From positions 8,750,655-8,814,654 of the forward strand of contig NC_134033.1 in NCBI RefSeq assembly GCF_964204645.1: a stretch of DNA of 64,000 bases, read 5' to 3'. This DNA is from Tubulanus polymorphus (Eukaryota > Animalia > Nemertea). Under the pieces are notes generated by a model. It had not been told where the DNA came from. It made no database searches and was given only the letters and a program-made list of their open reading frames with translations. Positions 10,959-22,208 of this stretch are shown in pieces (within the stretch, counting starts at the first letter, position 1; every line of letters starts with the position of its first letter). A program made the position numbers and the translations under genes.

Positions 10959-12204
10959 ATGAGTGGGAGTTATATAAGTCCTTCTAAGATTTCTAGAATA
11001 TCTAACGCTATTAAAGCAGAAAGATCACATCATATAATTACTCATAACCCTTCAAATATTAATCCCGATGAAACTTTATACGTTAGAATCCCTCGATTAA
11101 CACAAAATACTTTTTACGTTCCAAATAGTATTTATTTATCTGCCGATATAAAAGTATCTGGTAATAATAATAATTATGTCGTTGATAATGTTGGAAGATA
11201 TTTGATTAAAAAGTTAACAATAAAGATTGGTCCAGAAACAGTTTTCTCATTAGATGATTATAATTTATTTATGCATTATAAAGATTTATGGTTAACAAAA
11301 GAAAATAGAAATAATATGATATTTCAAGGCATCCAATCAGAAAACCAAAATAAATTAAGATCAGAAGCTAATAGCGCAATATTAACAAATGATGTAGAAA
11401 TTGATAAAAAGTATATATGGAAGCAAATATAAAATTCCATTAGACTTTGAATTGATAAATAATAATGCGCCTTTATATAAATACGCAATTCAAGAAGATA
11501 TTATATTCGAGATAACATTTGCTCCTGTAAATGAAATTGTATTATCTAGCGTTAATAAAGATATGAGTTATAAATTATCGAATATATGTTTAGAATATGA
11601 TACAGTAACTGATGAAAATATTGCTAGAACAATTCAAACTCAATACAATCAAGGATTTTCATTATTATATGATTATATTGATAAATTTAAAACTGTAACT
11701 ATTAATGCAAATGATGAAATAATAAATGAGAATATTAACTTCCCAAGAAGATCTATTAAAGGTATATTAATATTTTTTACTATTGGAACATATACTAATG
11801 GTGCAATAAATGTTGACAATTATTATAATCCTGAAATAACAAAAGTAGAAATAACTATCGAAGGTATAGCGAATAAAATATTTTGTCAAGGAATGAGAAT
11901 GATAGATCAATGGGTAGAAATTAGAAAACATTTTATGAATGAAAAAATAAAATCATTTGAAAATTGTAACATTAATCAAATTGATTATTATACCGGTAAT
12001 AAATATGCATTATGGTTAGATTTTAGAACAACTGAAGATAATTCATTACATGGTTCTGGAAAAAAACTACAAAATACAAAAGATGGAATACAATTATTCA
12101 TGACAAAGAAAAAGGGAATCAAAAATTTTCAAATGCACATTTATATTATATCTGACGCGCAATTAAATATTATAAATTCACAATTAGATAGTATTCAATA
12201 TTAG
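10959..12204 (+). pseudogene. Major capsid protein (double jelly roll), frameshifted near 11400
   Basis: Two overlapping ORFs (10959-11432, 11401-12204) join to ~415 aa with a beta-strand-rich pattern (NPSNINPDETLYVRIP...IKKLTIKIG...YKIPLDF...ALWLDFR); size and position next to integrase/ATPase fit a Polinton MCP. Confidence 0.75.
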
Positions 12205-12234
12205 AAATATAAAGTTAAAATTAAGGATATATAA

Positions 12235-13362
12235 ATGAGTGGTAAAAAAACTACTAATACTAAAGAACAATATTTAAGAAATTTATATTACAACCCTGAG
12301 AGTTCGGTTGCTTATTCTTCTACTAAAAATATATGGCGTAAAGTAAAACAAGATAAATTAGATAAGATAATCTCACAAAATTTAGTTAAATATAAAGATA
12401 TAAATGAATTTATGTTAGAACAACCAACATATACAACACATAAAAAAATTGTTAGAAAATATAAAACTCGTAAAACTATGGTAAGTTATGTAGATCAACA
12501 GTGGCAAGGAGATTTAATTGATATGAAAAATGTTAAGAAAAATAATGATGATTATTGGTGGTTATTGAATATAATTGATATTTTTAGTCGTTATGTATGG
12601 AGTTTCCCACTTTATAGAAAAGATGCTGCACAAACATCACATGTTTTAAGAAAATTTCTTTCGGATGATAAACTAAAACCAGAAAAAATACAATTTGATG
12701 ATGGAAAAGAGTTTGATAATTCACTTGTTCGTGAACTCTTAGATAATCATAATATTAAATATTTTTCAACAAAATCAGATAAAAAAGCAGCAGTTGTTGA
12801 ACGATTTAATAGAACATTAAGAACAAGAATGTGGAAATATTTTACAGCAAATAATACTTTTAAATGGATTGATGTTTTACCAAAATTGATAGAAGGATAT
12901 AATAATTCTTATCATTCTTCTATTGGAATGAAACCTATTGATGCTAGAAAACCCGAAAATGCTGAAATTGTTTGGAATAATTTATACGAAGCATTTCTTG
13001 TTGATGATTTTGGTGAACCTAAATTTAAAGTTGGTCAAAATGTTAGAATTTCTAAGTATAAAAAGATATTTGATAAAGGATACGATCGAAATTTTACTAG
13101 AGAAATATATAAAATAAAAAAGGTAATAACAACAAAACCATATGTCTATAAATTAGAAGATTTAGATGGTGAAGAAGTTGATGGCTACTTTTATGAAGAA
13201 GAATTAAGTTTAACTACTGAAAATCTAGAACAAGAATATAAAATTGAAAAAGTATTAAAAACAAAAACTGTTAAAAGAAAAAAATATTCTTTAGTAAAAT
13301 GGGTTGGATGGCCAGATAAATTCAATGAATGGATATTATCAAGTAAAATTAAAAATATATAA
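12235..13362 (+). CDS. int: Retroviral-type (rve) DDE integrase with C-terminal chromodomain
   Basis: WQGDL..IDIFSRY, QFDDGKEF, KAAVVERFNRT, YNNSYHSSIGMKP; chromodomain YKIEKVL...VKWVGWPDKFNEWI. Confidence 0.95.
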   Translation: MSGKKTTNTKEQYLRNLYYNPESSVAYSSTKNIWRKVKQDKLDKIISQNLVKYKDINEFMLEQPTYTTHKKIVRKYKTRKTMVSYVDQQWQGDLIDMKNVKKNNDDYWWLLNIIDIFSRYVWSFPLYRKDAAQTSHVLRKFLSDDKLKPEKIQFDDGKEFDNSLVRELLDNHNIKYFSTKSDKKAAVVERFNRTLRTRMWKYFTANNTFKWIDVLPKLIEGYNNSYHSSIGMKPIDARKPENAEIVWNNLYEAFLVDDFGEPKFKVGQNVRISKYKKIFDKGYDRNFTREIYKIKKVITTKPYVYKLEDLDGEEVDGYFYEEELSLTTENLEQEYKIEKVLKTKTVKRKKYSLVKWVGWPDKFNEWILSSKIKNI

Positions 13363-13971
13363 ATGAATAAGGAATTATTCATATTTGAGCCTCATAATAT
13401 GTTAATTTCTGGTGTAACAAATTGTGGAAAAACTTATTTTATATTACATTTATTAGAAACTGTTTATGAAAACTATTTTGATAATATAGTATTATTTTGT
13501 CCAACATATGAATTTAATCAAACTTATGATAAAAATATTACTAGGAATAATAAATTTATTATATTAGATCCTAAAACAGTAAAAGAAAATTTAGATAATT
13601 GTATAAAAATAGCAATTGATATTTATAAAGGATCAAATACATTATTTATCATAGATGATTGTGCTAATATACATGATTCAAAAGTTAGAGAAAGTGAGTT
13701 ATGTTATTTAGCTTTTTCTGGCAGACATTTTGGGATAACAACTTGGGTTTTAAATCAAAAATATAATTCAATTGGTAAAGATTTTAGAGAAAATATTAGA
13801 TTTCTAGTTTTATTCTACAATAAAGATAGAAAATCGATGAAAAATGCACTTAAGGAAAATGATATTATTCCACATGATTTACATAATGAATATATGGATA
13901 AGTTGAAAAATATTAAAAAATCAAAATTACTATTTAGATTACAACACCCATTTAAATATGAATTTATTTAA
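13363..13971 (+). CDS. A32/FtsK-like DNA packaging ATPase
   Basis: Walker A GVTNCGKT, Walker B LFIIDD, GRH..I....Q and R.N motifs. Confidence 0.93.
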   Translation: MNKELFIFEPHNMLISGVTNCGKTYFILHLLETVYENYFDNIVLFCPTYEFNQTYDKNITRNNKFIILDPKTVKENLDNCIKIAIDIYKGSNTLFIIDDCANIHDSKVRESELCYLAFSGRHFGITTWVLNQKYNSIGKDFRENIRFLVLFYNKDRKSMKNALKENDIIPHDLHNEYMDKLKNIKKSKLLFRLQHPFKYEFI

Positions 13972-13974
13972 ATT

Positions 13975-14225
13975 CAATTAGTTTGTTAATCTAGTTGAAT
14001 TCTAGTTATTGGTAGTTGTAACAAAAATCAAATAGATTTAACAATATTTTAACTAGCTTGTTAATCTAGTTTAATTCTAGTTACATTCTAATTGAATTCT
14101 AGTTGTTAGTAGTTGAAACAAAAATCAACTAGATTTAACAAGAAATAAACAAAAACACTAATATTTCAACTAGCTTGTTAATCTAGTTGAATTCTAGTTA
14201 CATTCTAGTTAAATTCTAGTTGCAA
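13975..14225. repeat. Intergenic array of CTAGTT/GAATTC-rich short direct and inverted repeats
   Basis: Repeated AATCTAGTTGAATTCTAGTT / ATTCTAGTT units with inverted AACTAGATTTAAC; shorter versions at ~16547-16735 and ~20685-20745. Confidence 0.85.
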
Positions 14226-14255
14226 CATCACACAATTAATTTTTTTGTTATATAA

Positions 14256-14861
14256 ATGGTAGGTGAAAAGTAAATAAAATCTAAAAATGGTGATGTTCCA
14301 ATTGAAAAAACTTTAGATGATTTAGGAATAACAGAAACAAAATTAATTCCAGATGATGGTGCTTTAAATAATGTTACAACAAATAATAATTATGAATATT
14401 ATCTTTATTGTAAACATCAATTAGAAATATTAATAGCATCTGGAAAATGTAAAAATTTTGTTAGTAAAAATTTAACTTATAATGAATTAGACACAATGAA
14501 ATCAGATGAAATTGTTAGATTATTTAAGATTTATGAAGCCGCGAGAACAGCTAGAATTAATGACGCGATATCAGAAAATGTAGTAAAAGGTTATAGTAAA
14601 TTATGTAGTTATATACTACCAATTGAAGATGAAAATAGATTATATTCTGATTTAAAAAATGATTATTTAGTTATGACTGAATTAAATAAATGGATTGGAT
14701 ATTTATCATTTCAATTAGGTGGATTTATGACATTATTATCAACTGGAGTTATAACATTTTCAAATATTGAAAGTAAAAATATTTCTATAATAAATGAGCG
14801 AGGTGAAAGAAGTGAAGGAATTAATTGTGAAGAAAAAACCGAGAACTCAGAAACAAATTGA
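14256..14861 (+). pseudogene. Hypothetical viral protein with C-terminal hydrophobic segment; early stop
   Basis: TAAATG start at 14256; TAA at 14271-14273 (AAA in copy 2 ORF at 16763); continues in frame into ORF 14496-14861. Confidence 0.7.
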
Positions 14862-15162
14862 ATGGTCTCGACAATTAGGAATTAAATCACAAGAATATAA
14901 AAAAGCTGTAAAAGAAAAAATGAGTAATAAAAATGTTAATAAAAATGGTGAAAATATTGTTATTTCTACTCCTTCTGATAGTAGAATATTTGATAAATAT
15001 TTATATTTTACAGTTGGATTTGTAATTGTATTCATTTTGATTGGGTGTAATTGGTATAAGAAATCAAATAAAATTCATGATATTAGTAATTCTGAACCAA
15101 CTGCTATCAAAAATGAAAGTACTTCTGAAATTCCAAAATTGACAATGAAAAAAATGGATTAA
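14794..15162 (+). CDS. Basic single-TM viral protein
   Basis: TAAATG start, KKKPRTQKQ basic motif, YLYFTVGFVIVFILIGC TM; overlaps the upstream gene by 68 nt. Confidence 0.7.
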   Translation: MSEVKEVKELIVKKKPRTQKQIEWSRQLGIKSQEYKKAVKEKMSNKNVNKNGENIVISTPSDSRIFDKYLYFTVGFVIVFILIGCNWYKKSNKIHDISNSEPTAIKNESTSEIPKLTMKKMD

Positions 15163-15337
15163 TATTTTAGAAAAAAAGCAAAAAAAAATAATTTTTTTTT
15201 AATTAATTGAATATTAATTGAATATTAATTGAATATCTCACTACTTTTGTCTATCTATGAGGAGCAATTAAATTGTCCAGATAAGTCATTTCGGATTCTA
15301 GATATTCATTATTTTTATTAATTTATTTTTTTTAAAT

Positions 15338-15664
15338 TTAATCAACAATTTCTAAATCATGATGACCGTCTTCATTTTTCCCATGATAGATTATTTTAAA
15401 TCCTTCTAAATCTTTTAATTCCTCTGTACTCAATGAAACCCATTTATCAGGTAAAAATACTTTAAATTCTCGCGATGTATTAACATTACAGTATCCTAAA
15501 TTAGCTGATACTTTCTCTCCATATTTAGTTTTTATCTTTTCTAATTTCAATATTTTATGTTCAATTTCTTTTGTAACATCAACTAACTTTTTTATTTCAA
15601 ATTGTTTTTTTGCTGGTTTTATTCTGTTATTTATTGTTGCTAAGAATGCTTTTCTGTCTCCCAT
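15338..15664 (-). CDS. Small terminal protein, possibly OB-fold nucleic-acid binding
   Basis: 108 aa with TKYG.KV...L...KVFLP pattern; ATG lies within the right TIR; degenerate homologue at ~21797-22130. Fold assignment is tentative. Confidence 0.55.
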   Translation of the reverse strand: MGDRKAFLATINNRIKPAKKQFEIKKLVDVTKEIEHKILKLEKIKTKYGEKVSANLGYCNVNTSREFKVFLPDKWVSLSTEELKDLEGFKIIYHGKNEDGHHDLEIVD

Positions 15665-15750
15665 TTATTAGGAAAAAAAAATTACTTGTGGTGATGAGTG
15701 GTGTTTAGTACTCTCGTACTCTGGCCTGAAAACGCCATCTTCCAATTACT
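15658..15750 (-). repeat. Right terminal inverted repeat of Polinton copy 1
   Basis: Reverse complement starts AGTAAT and contains TTTCAGGCCAGAGTACGAGAGTAC and CTCATCACCAC, as does the copy 3 left TIR at 17868. Confidence 0.9.
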
Positions 15751-17768
15751 GGTGAAGAAGTTGATGGGTATTTTTATGAAGAAGAATTAAGTTTAACTAC
15801 TGAAAATCTAGAACAAGAATATAAAATTGAAAAAGTATTAAAAACAAAAACTGTTAATAGAAAAAAATATTCTTTAGTAAAATGGGTTGGACGGCCAGAT
15901 AAATTCAATGAATGGATATTATCAAGTAAAATTAAAAATAGATAAATGAATAAGGAATTATTTATATTTGAGCCTCATAATATGTTAATTTCTGGTGTAA
16001 CAAATTGTGGAAAAGCTTATTTTATATTAAATTTATTAGAAACTATATTTGATAATATAGTATTATTTTGTCCTACATATGAATTTAATCAAACTTATGA
16101 TAGAAATATTACTAGAAATAATAAATTTATTATATTAGATCCTAAAACAGTTAAAGAAAATTTAGATAATTGTATAAAAATAGCAATTGATATTTATAAA
16201 GGATCTGATACATTATTCATCATAGATTATTGTGCAAATTTACATGATTCAAAAGTTAGAGAAAGTGAGTTATGTTATTTAGCTTTCTCTGGGAGACATT
16301 TTGGGATAACAACATGGGTTTTAAATCAAAAATATAATTCAATTGTTAAAGATTTTAGAGAAAACATTAGATTTTTAGTTTTATTCTATAATAAAGATAG
16401 AAAATCGATGAAAAATGCACTTGAGGAAAATGATATTATTCCACATGATTAACATAATGAATATATGGATAAATTGAAAAATAATAAAAGATCAAAATTA
16501 CTATTTCGATTACAACACCCATTTAAATATGAATTTATTTAGATTCAACTAGCTTGTTAGTCTAGTATATTTTTAGTTACATTCTAGTTTAATTCTAGTT
16601 GTTAGTAGTTGAAACAAAAATCAAATAAAATTCAACAAGAAATAAATAAAAACAACAATATTTCAACTTGCTTGTTAATCTAATATATTTTTAGTTACAT
16701 TCTAGTTAAATTCTAGTTGAATTCTAGTTGCAACATCACAACTAATTTTTTTTGTTATATAAATGGGTGGTGAAAAGAAAATAAAATCTAAAAATAGTGA
16801 TGTTCCGATTGGAAAAACTTTGGATGATTTAGGTATAACAGAAACAAAATTAGCGTCAGATGATAATGGTGCTTTAAATGATATTACTACAAATAATAAT
16901 TATCAATATTATCTTTATTGCAAACATCGCTTAGAAATATTAATTGCATCTGGGAAATGTAAAAATTTTATTAGTAAAAATTTAACTTATAATGAATTAG
17001 GTACAATGAAATCAGATGAAATTATTAGATTATTTATGAAACTGCGAGAACAGCTAGAATTAATGATGCGATGTCAGAAAATGCAGTAAAAGGTTATAGT
17101 AAATTATGCAATTATATGCTACCAATTCAAGATGAAAATGAATTATATTCCGATTTAAAAAATGATTACTTAGTTATGACTGAATTAAATAAATGGATTG
17201 GATATTTATCATTTCAATTAGGTGGATTTATGACATTATTATCAACTGGAGTTATAACATTTTCAAATATTGAAAGTAAAAATATTTCTATAATAAATGA
17301 GCTAAGTGCGAGAGGTGAAAGAATTAACTGTGAAGAAAAAACCGAGATCACAGAAACAAACTGACTGGTCTCGGCAATTAGGAATTAGATCACTAGAATA
17401 TAAAAAGCTATAAAAGAAAAAATAAATAATTAAGATGTTAATGAAAATGGTGAAAATGTTGTTATTTCTACTACTTCTAATAATAGAATATTTGATAAAT
17501 ATTTATATTTTACAACTGGTTTGTAATTGTATTCATTTTGATTGGGTGTAGTTGGTATAAGAAATCAGATAAAATTTATGATATTAATAATTCTGAAACT
17601 ACTGCTATTAAAAATGAAAATACTTCTAAAATTCCAAAATTCATAATAAAAAAAATGGATTGATATTTTAGAAAAAACAAAAAAGCAAAAAAAATGATTT
17701 TATTTTTAATTAATTGAATATCTCACTACTTTTGTATATCTACGCGGAGCAATTGAATTGTCCAGATA
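15751..17768 (+). mobile_element. Polinton copy 2 remnant (integrase 3' end, ATPase and two downstream genes, degraded)
   Basis: Colinear with 13168-~15283 of copy 1; ATPase ORF 15946-16452 has mutated Walker motifs and a premature stop; ORFs 16763-17089 and 17071-17364 are frameshifted. Confidence 0.92.
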
Positions 17769-17867
17769 CTTCTCTCCTCAGTGTTGTAATTAAGAAACAA
17801 ATGGTATCAAATATCAAGAGCCCAATGGGTTTTAATGATTTGAATTTAATTTAAGTATTGTACTCAT

Positions 17868-20800
17868 AGTAATGGGGAAATGACGGTTTCAGGCCAGAGT
17901 ACGAGAGTACGACTCATCACCACTTTTATTTTTATTTCCTTATAAATGGGAGAGAGTGAACACCAAACAGAAAAAATGATGTTATTAAAAATCAATATTA
18001 TTGTACATATTGTAAAAAATACATTGATAAATCTAATATTAACATCTGATTATAGATTTTGAGACACCAGAATATTCCAATGAAAGAAAAGAACAATTAG
18101 AAAATATGAAAAAAGATGAAATTAAATGTAATGTTTGTAATAAATTTCTAAGTAAAAGAAATTATGATAGACATCATCTTGAATCACAAAAAAACACAAA
18201 CAGAATTTAAGTAAAAATATTTTAGGAACAGAATATATTGAGGATAAATCTCAATTTTAGAAACATTACATAGTAAAATTGGTCCTGCAGCTATTATATT
18301 TAGATTTTTTAAAGGTGCGACGATAGAAGATTATAGTAGATGTATTGAAATAATGGAAAAAATAATTTGTAACAGATGTTGTAACAGATGTTGAATCTCC
18401 AAAATTTAGTATTTCTGGAAAAGTAAGTTTTATAAAATCAGAAGGAAAAAATGTGTATAATATTCAAACACATTCTGAAGAAATAATTTCAAAAACACAA
18501 ATAAAAGAGAAATTAGAAAAAATATTGAATGAATTTAAACGACATATCGAAGATATTTTGAGGGTTCTGGTTTAATTATAATTATATTTTAAGATCTAAA
18601 TATCTATAATACAAAAAGGAATAAAACATCAATAAGTAATAAAGTGTTTACTAATGTTGGATATTCAAGCGTCATTTTATATTAGATTACCATTTACAAC
18701 AAAGCAGTTATAAATGTTCAAAATAAAAATAATAAATGTTTTCTATGGTCAATGATCAGTTGTTTACACCCTACCGAGGAAAATGTTTGCAGAATAACAG
18801 ATTATTGGAAATATGAAACATTATATAGAATTGATTAATATCCAGTAACTATAAAAATGACACCTAAAATAGAAAAAGTTGATAATTCAAAAATAAATGT
18901 ATTCGAATTAATGAAATTCCAGAGACAAAAGGTGAAAATATTAAAGATTATGCATTAGAAGCTTTATATTTAACAAAACATTATGATGATGAAAATGTGA
19001 TAGATTTATTATACTATAAAAAAGATAAAAATGAACATTATATGTGGTTATAACAAATAGATTTACTTTTCAGAACAGAAAGTAAATGTAGAAAGTAAAT
19101 AGAAAGTAAACAGATTTGAATAGTCATAACAAGATATATTTATGTAGAAAATGTTTATCTAAATTCATTACTAAAACATAAGGAATTATGTGATAATAAA
19201 GAATTTAACTAATTAATAATGCCAACAGAAAAATACTATAAATTGAAATTTACTAATTATAAATTTACTAAATATAGTTCCATTTGTAATTTATGGGATT
19301 TTGAATCGTTGAATAAAGAATTAACTGATCAAGATAGAAAAAAAAATTATATAATAAAAAGCAATTATTAAAATTGATGGATAAAGGAATGAATTAAATG
19401 AAGACATAATTCAAGACCCGACGGAAGCGTCCTGAGGACATATCTATAAAAGAATTTCGAGGTTACTTCCGAGTTTGAGAAAACTAGTTTATTCCGAGTT
19501 GCAAACTCGGAATAAACCTCCAAAAATCACATTTAACTATGAAAACTAGTTTATTCCGAGTTACAAACTCGGAATTGACCTCAAAAATCGTATTTAACTG
19601 AGAAAACTAGTTTATTCCGAGTGGCAAACTCGATTTTAACCTCGATTTTTTTACAGAAATGTCCCCAGGACGCTTCCGTAGAATTGTAATAGGAGGAATA
19701 TCATATTTTAAATTTTAATTTTTTTATTATATAAATGGCAGAAGGTGGTGAAGAAATTGGAATGGATACTTTTGATGAATCTGGTATAACTGATGTACAA
19801 GAACCTGTTTTTAATGAAACAAGTTTAAATAATGATGATAATGAAACAGCATATAATACTAATTTAGCAACACCATATAATAAATTTGATAATAATTGAA
19901 TACTGAAAATTTAGATCCAAAACTAGAAAAAAAAGTATTAGATTTTGAAAAAATGATTGATGATTTTTAACCAATATTACAAAAATCTGGATTTAATATA
20001 ACTGATAAAGGTGCTAGTGCACCAAATTTGATAGATCTAAATGATGATTATTATTGGCATTTGAAAGATGACTATTATTTTAAGATATCTTCTGATAAAA
20101 GTCGTGATAAAATAGTAACAAAATCAACTTTGGTTAGATTAGAACAATCTAGAACTAAAAGAATAAGTAATAATAATGATGATATAACTGATGACAAGAA
20201 ATAAATGAAAATAGAGGAATATTTAATGGAAGGAATGATGAAGATAATTAATGAAAATTTAGAACCAGAAACAATTGGTAACGAAGTTATCAACTCAGAA
20301 ACCAGTACATAACCAAAACAAGAAAATAAAAGTGTGATGGGCCGGGATACGTCATCAATGTTTACATGCTGATAACAGTATTAAAATCGTTGTATACAAG
20401 TTAATTAGGAAGAATTGGAAATTTCAACTAGCATTATGCTAAACAACAACAAGAGTAGAAATGAATGGCCAATTATAATTTTTTGCCTGCAGTTCCCCTG
20501 TTAAGATTTTAGAGAAAACATTAGAGTTTTAGAATTAGTTTATAATAAAGATAGAAAATCAATGAATAATGCACTTGAGGAAAATGATTTACATAATGAA
20601 TATATGGATAAATTAGAAAAAAATAAAAGATCAAAATTATCATTTCGTTTACAACATCCATTTAAATATGAATTGATTTAAACTCAACTAGCTTGTTAAT
20701 CTAGTATATTTTTAGTCACATTCTAGTTAAATTCAATTGTAACAACACAACTATTTTTTTGTCATGTAAGTGGGAGGTGAAAAGAATATATAATCTAAAA

Positions 20801-22208
20801 AAGTGATTTTACAATTGAAAAAACTTTGGATGGTTTAGGAATAACGGAAACAGAATTAACTTCAGATAATGGTGCTTTAAATGATATTACTAAACGTAAT
20901 AATTTTAAATATCATCTTTATTGCAAACATCAATTGGAAATATTAATTGCATCTGGGAAATGTAAGACTTTTTATTGGTAAAAATTTAACTTATATTGTA
21001 TTAGGTATAATGAAATCAGATCAAATTATTAAATCATTTAAGATTTATGAAACTGCAAGAATAGCTAGAATTAATGACGCGATTTCAGAAAATGTACTAA
21101 AAGGTTATTCTAAACTATTAATGATATGCTCCCAATTGAAGATGAAAATAAATTATATTCTGATTTAAACAATCATTTAGTTATGACTGAATTAAATACA
21201 TGGATTGGGTATTTAATATTTCAATTAGGTGGATTTATGACATTGTCATCAACTGGAGAAATAACATCTTCAATATTGAAAGTAAAAATTTTTCTATAAT
21301 AAATGAGCGAAATGGAAGAAGTGAAAGAATTAACCGTGAAGAAAAAACCGAGATCACTGAAACAAATTGAATGGTCTCGGCAATAAGATTTTAAATCAAA
21401 AGAATTTAATAAAGCTTAAAAAGAAAAAATAGATAATGACAATTTTGATAATAAAGATGAAAGTAATGTTATTTCTACTGCATATAAATTATTTAATAAA
21501 TATTTTAATTATTCAACTGGATTTGTAATTGTTGTTAATAATTCTGAAACTACTACTGTTAAAAACGAAAAAATTACTGAAATATCAAAATTCACTATAA
21601 AGATAATGGATTAAAAGTCTAGAAAAAAAGAAAAATAATAATTTTGTTCTATAATATTTCTGTTTATAATTAATTAAATATCGCACTACTTTTGAGAGAT
21701 AAGTCATTTCGGATTCTTGATATTCAATTTAAAAGAAGAGAATACATTTTAATAATTTTATTTTTATTTTCTAATTTTCTATTATTTTTGAAATATTTAT
21801 TCAACAATTTCTAAATCATGATGACCAACTTCATACTTTTTATGATAAATTATTGTGTAACCTTCTAAATCTTTTCATTTATCTTTATTTAATGAAACCC
21901 ATTTATCAGGTGAAAATATTTTAAATTCTCGTGTTATACTAACATTACAATGACTCAAATTTGCTGATATTCTCTCACCATATCTAGTTTTTATGTTTTC
22001 AGGTTTTAATATTCTATGCTCAATTTCTTTTGTTACATCGACTAATTTTTTTATTTCGTATTGTTTTTTTGCTGGTTTTATTTTTTAATTATTGACGCTA
22101 AGAATACTTTTCTGCCCCCCCCCCTCCCATTTATAAGGAAATAAAAATAAAAGTGGTGATGAGTCGTACTCTCGTACTCTGGCAAGATACCGTCATTTAC
22201 CCATTACT
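17868..22208 (+). mobile_element. Polinton copy 3, internally deleted, both TIRs present
   Basis: ~85-bp TIRs at 17868-17952 and 22124-22208 with AGT...ACT ends. Contains degraded pPolB 5' part (17946-19420), part of the coiled-coil gene, ATPase 3' end and terminal genes. Confidence 0.92.
19421..19680. mobile_element. MITE with (T)ACGGAAGCGTCCTG TIRs (IS3EU-like termini) and internal ~60-bp tandem hairpin repeats
   Basis: ACGGAAGCGTCCTGAGGACAT...ATGTCCCCAGGACGCTTCCGTA; three units containing TTCCGAGT..CAAACTCG. Confidence 0.75.

Larger units (their letters stand above)
1..15750 (+). mobile_element. Polinton/Maverick (adintovirus-like) endogenous virus, copy 1; left end lies upstream of the window
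   Basis: AT-rich, intronless, tightly packed gene array (pPolB, minor and major capsid, rve integrase, A32 ATPase). Ends in a TIR (...CCAATTACT) homologous to the TIRs of copy 3. Confidence 0.95.

Noticed and set aside
2389-14273. All in-frame stops in Polinton copy 1 are TAA (2389, 4218, 9821, 14271): possible stop-codon reassignment
   Set aside because: Sister copies show different residues at these sites (Trp at 9821, Lys at 14271), and TAA is the normal terminator of most genes; ordinary decay in AT-rich DNA explains it.
19470-19640. CRISPR-like array of palindromic repeats
   Set aside because: The intervening segments resemble each other, there are no cas genes, and the array lies inside MITE TIRs in a eukaryote.
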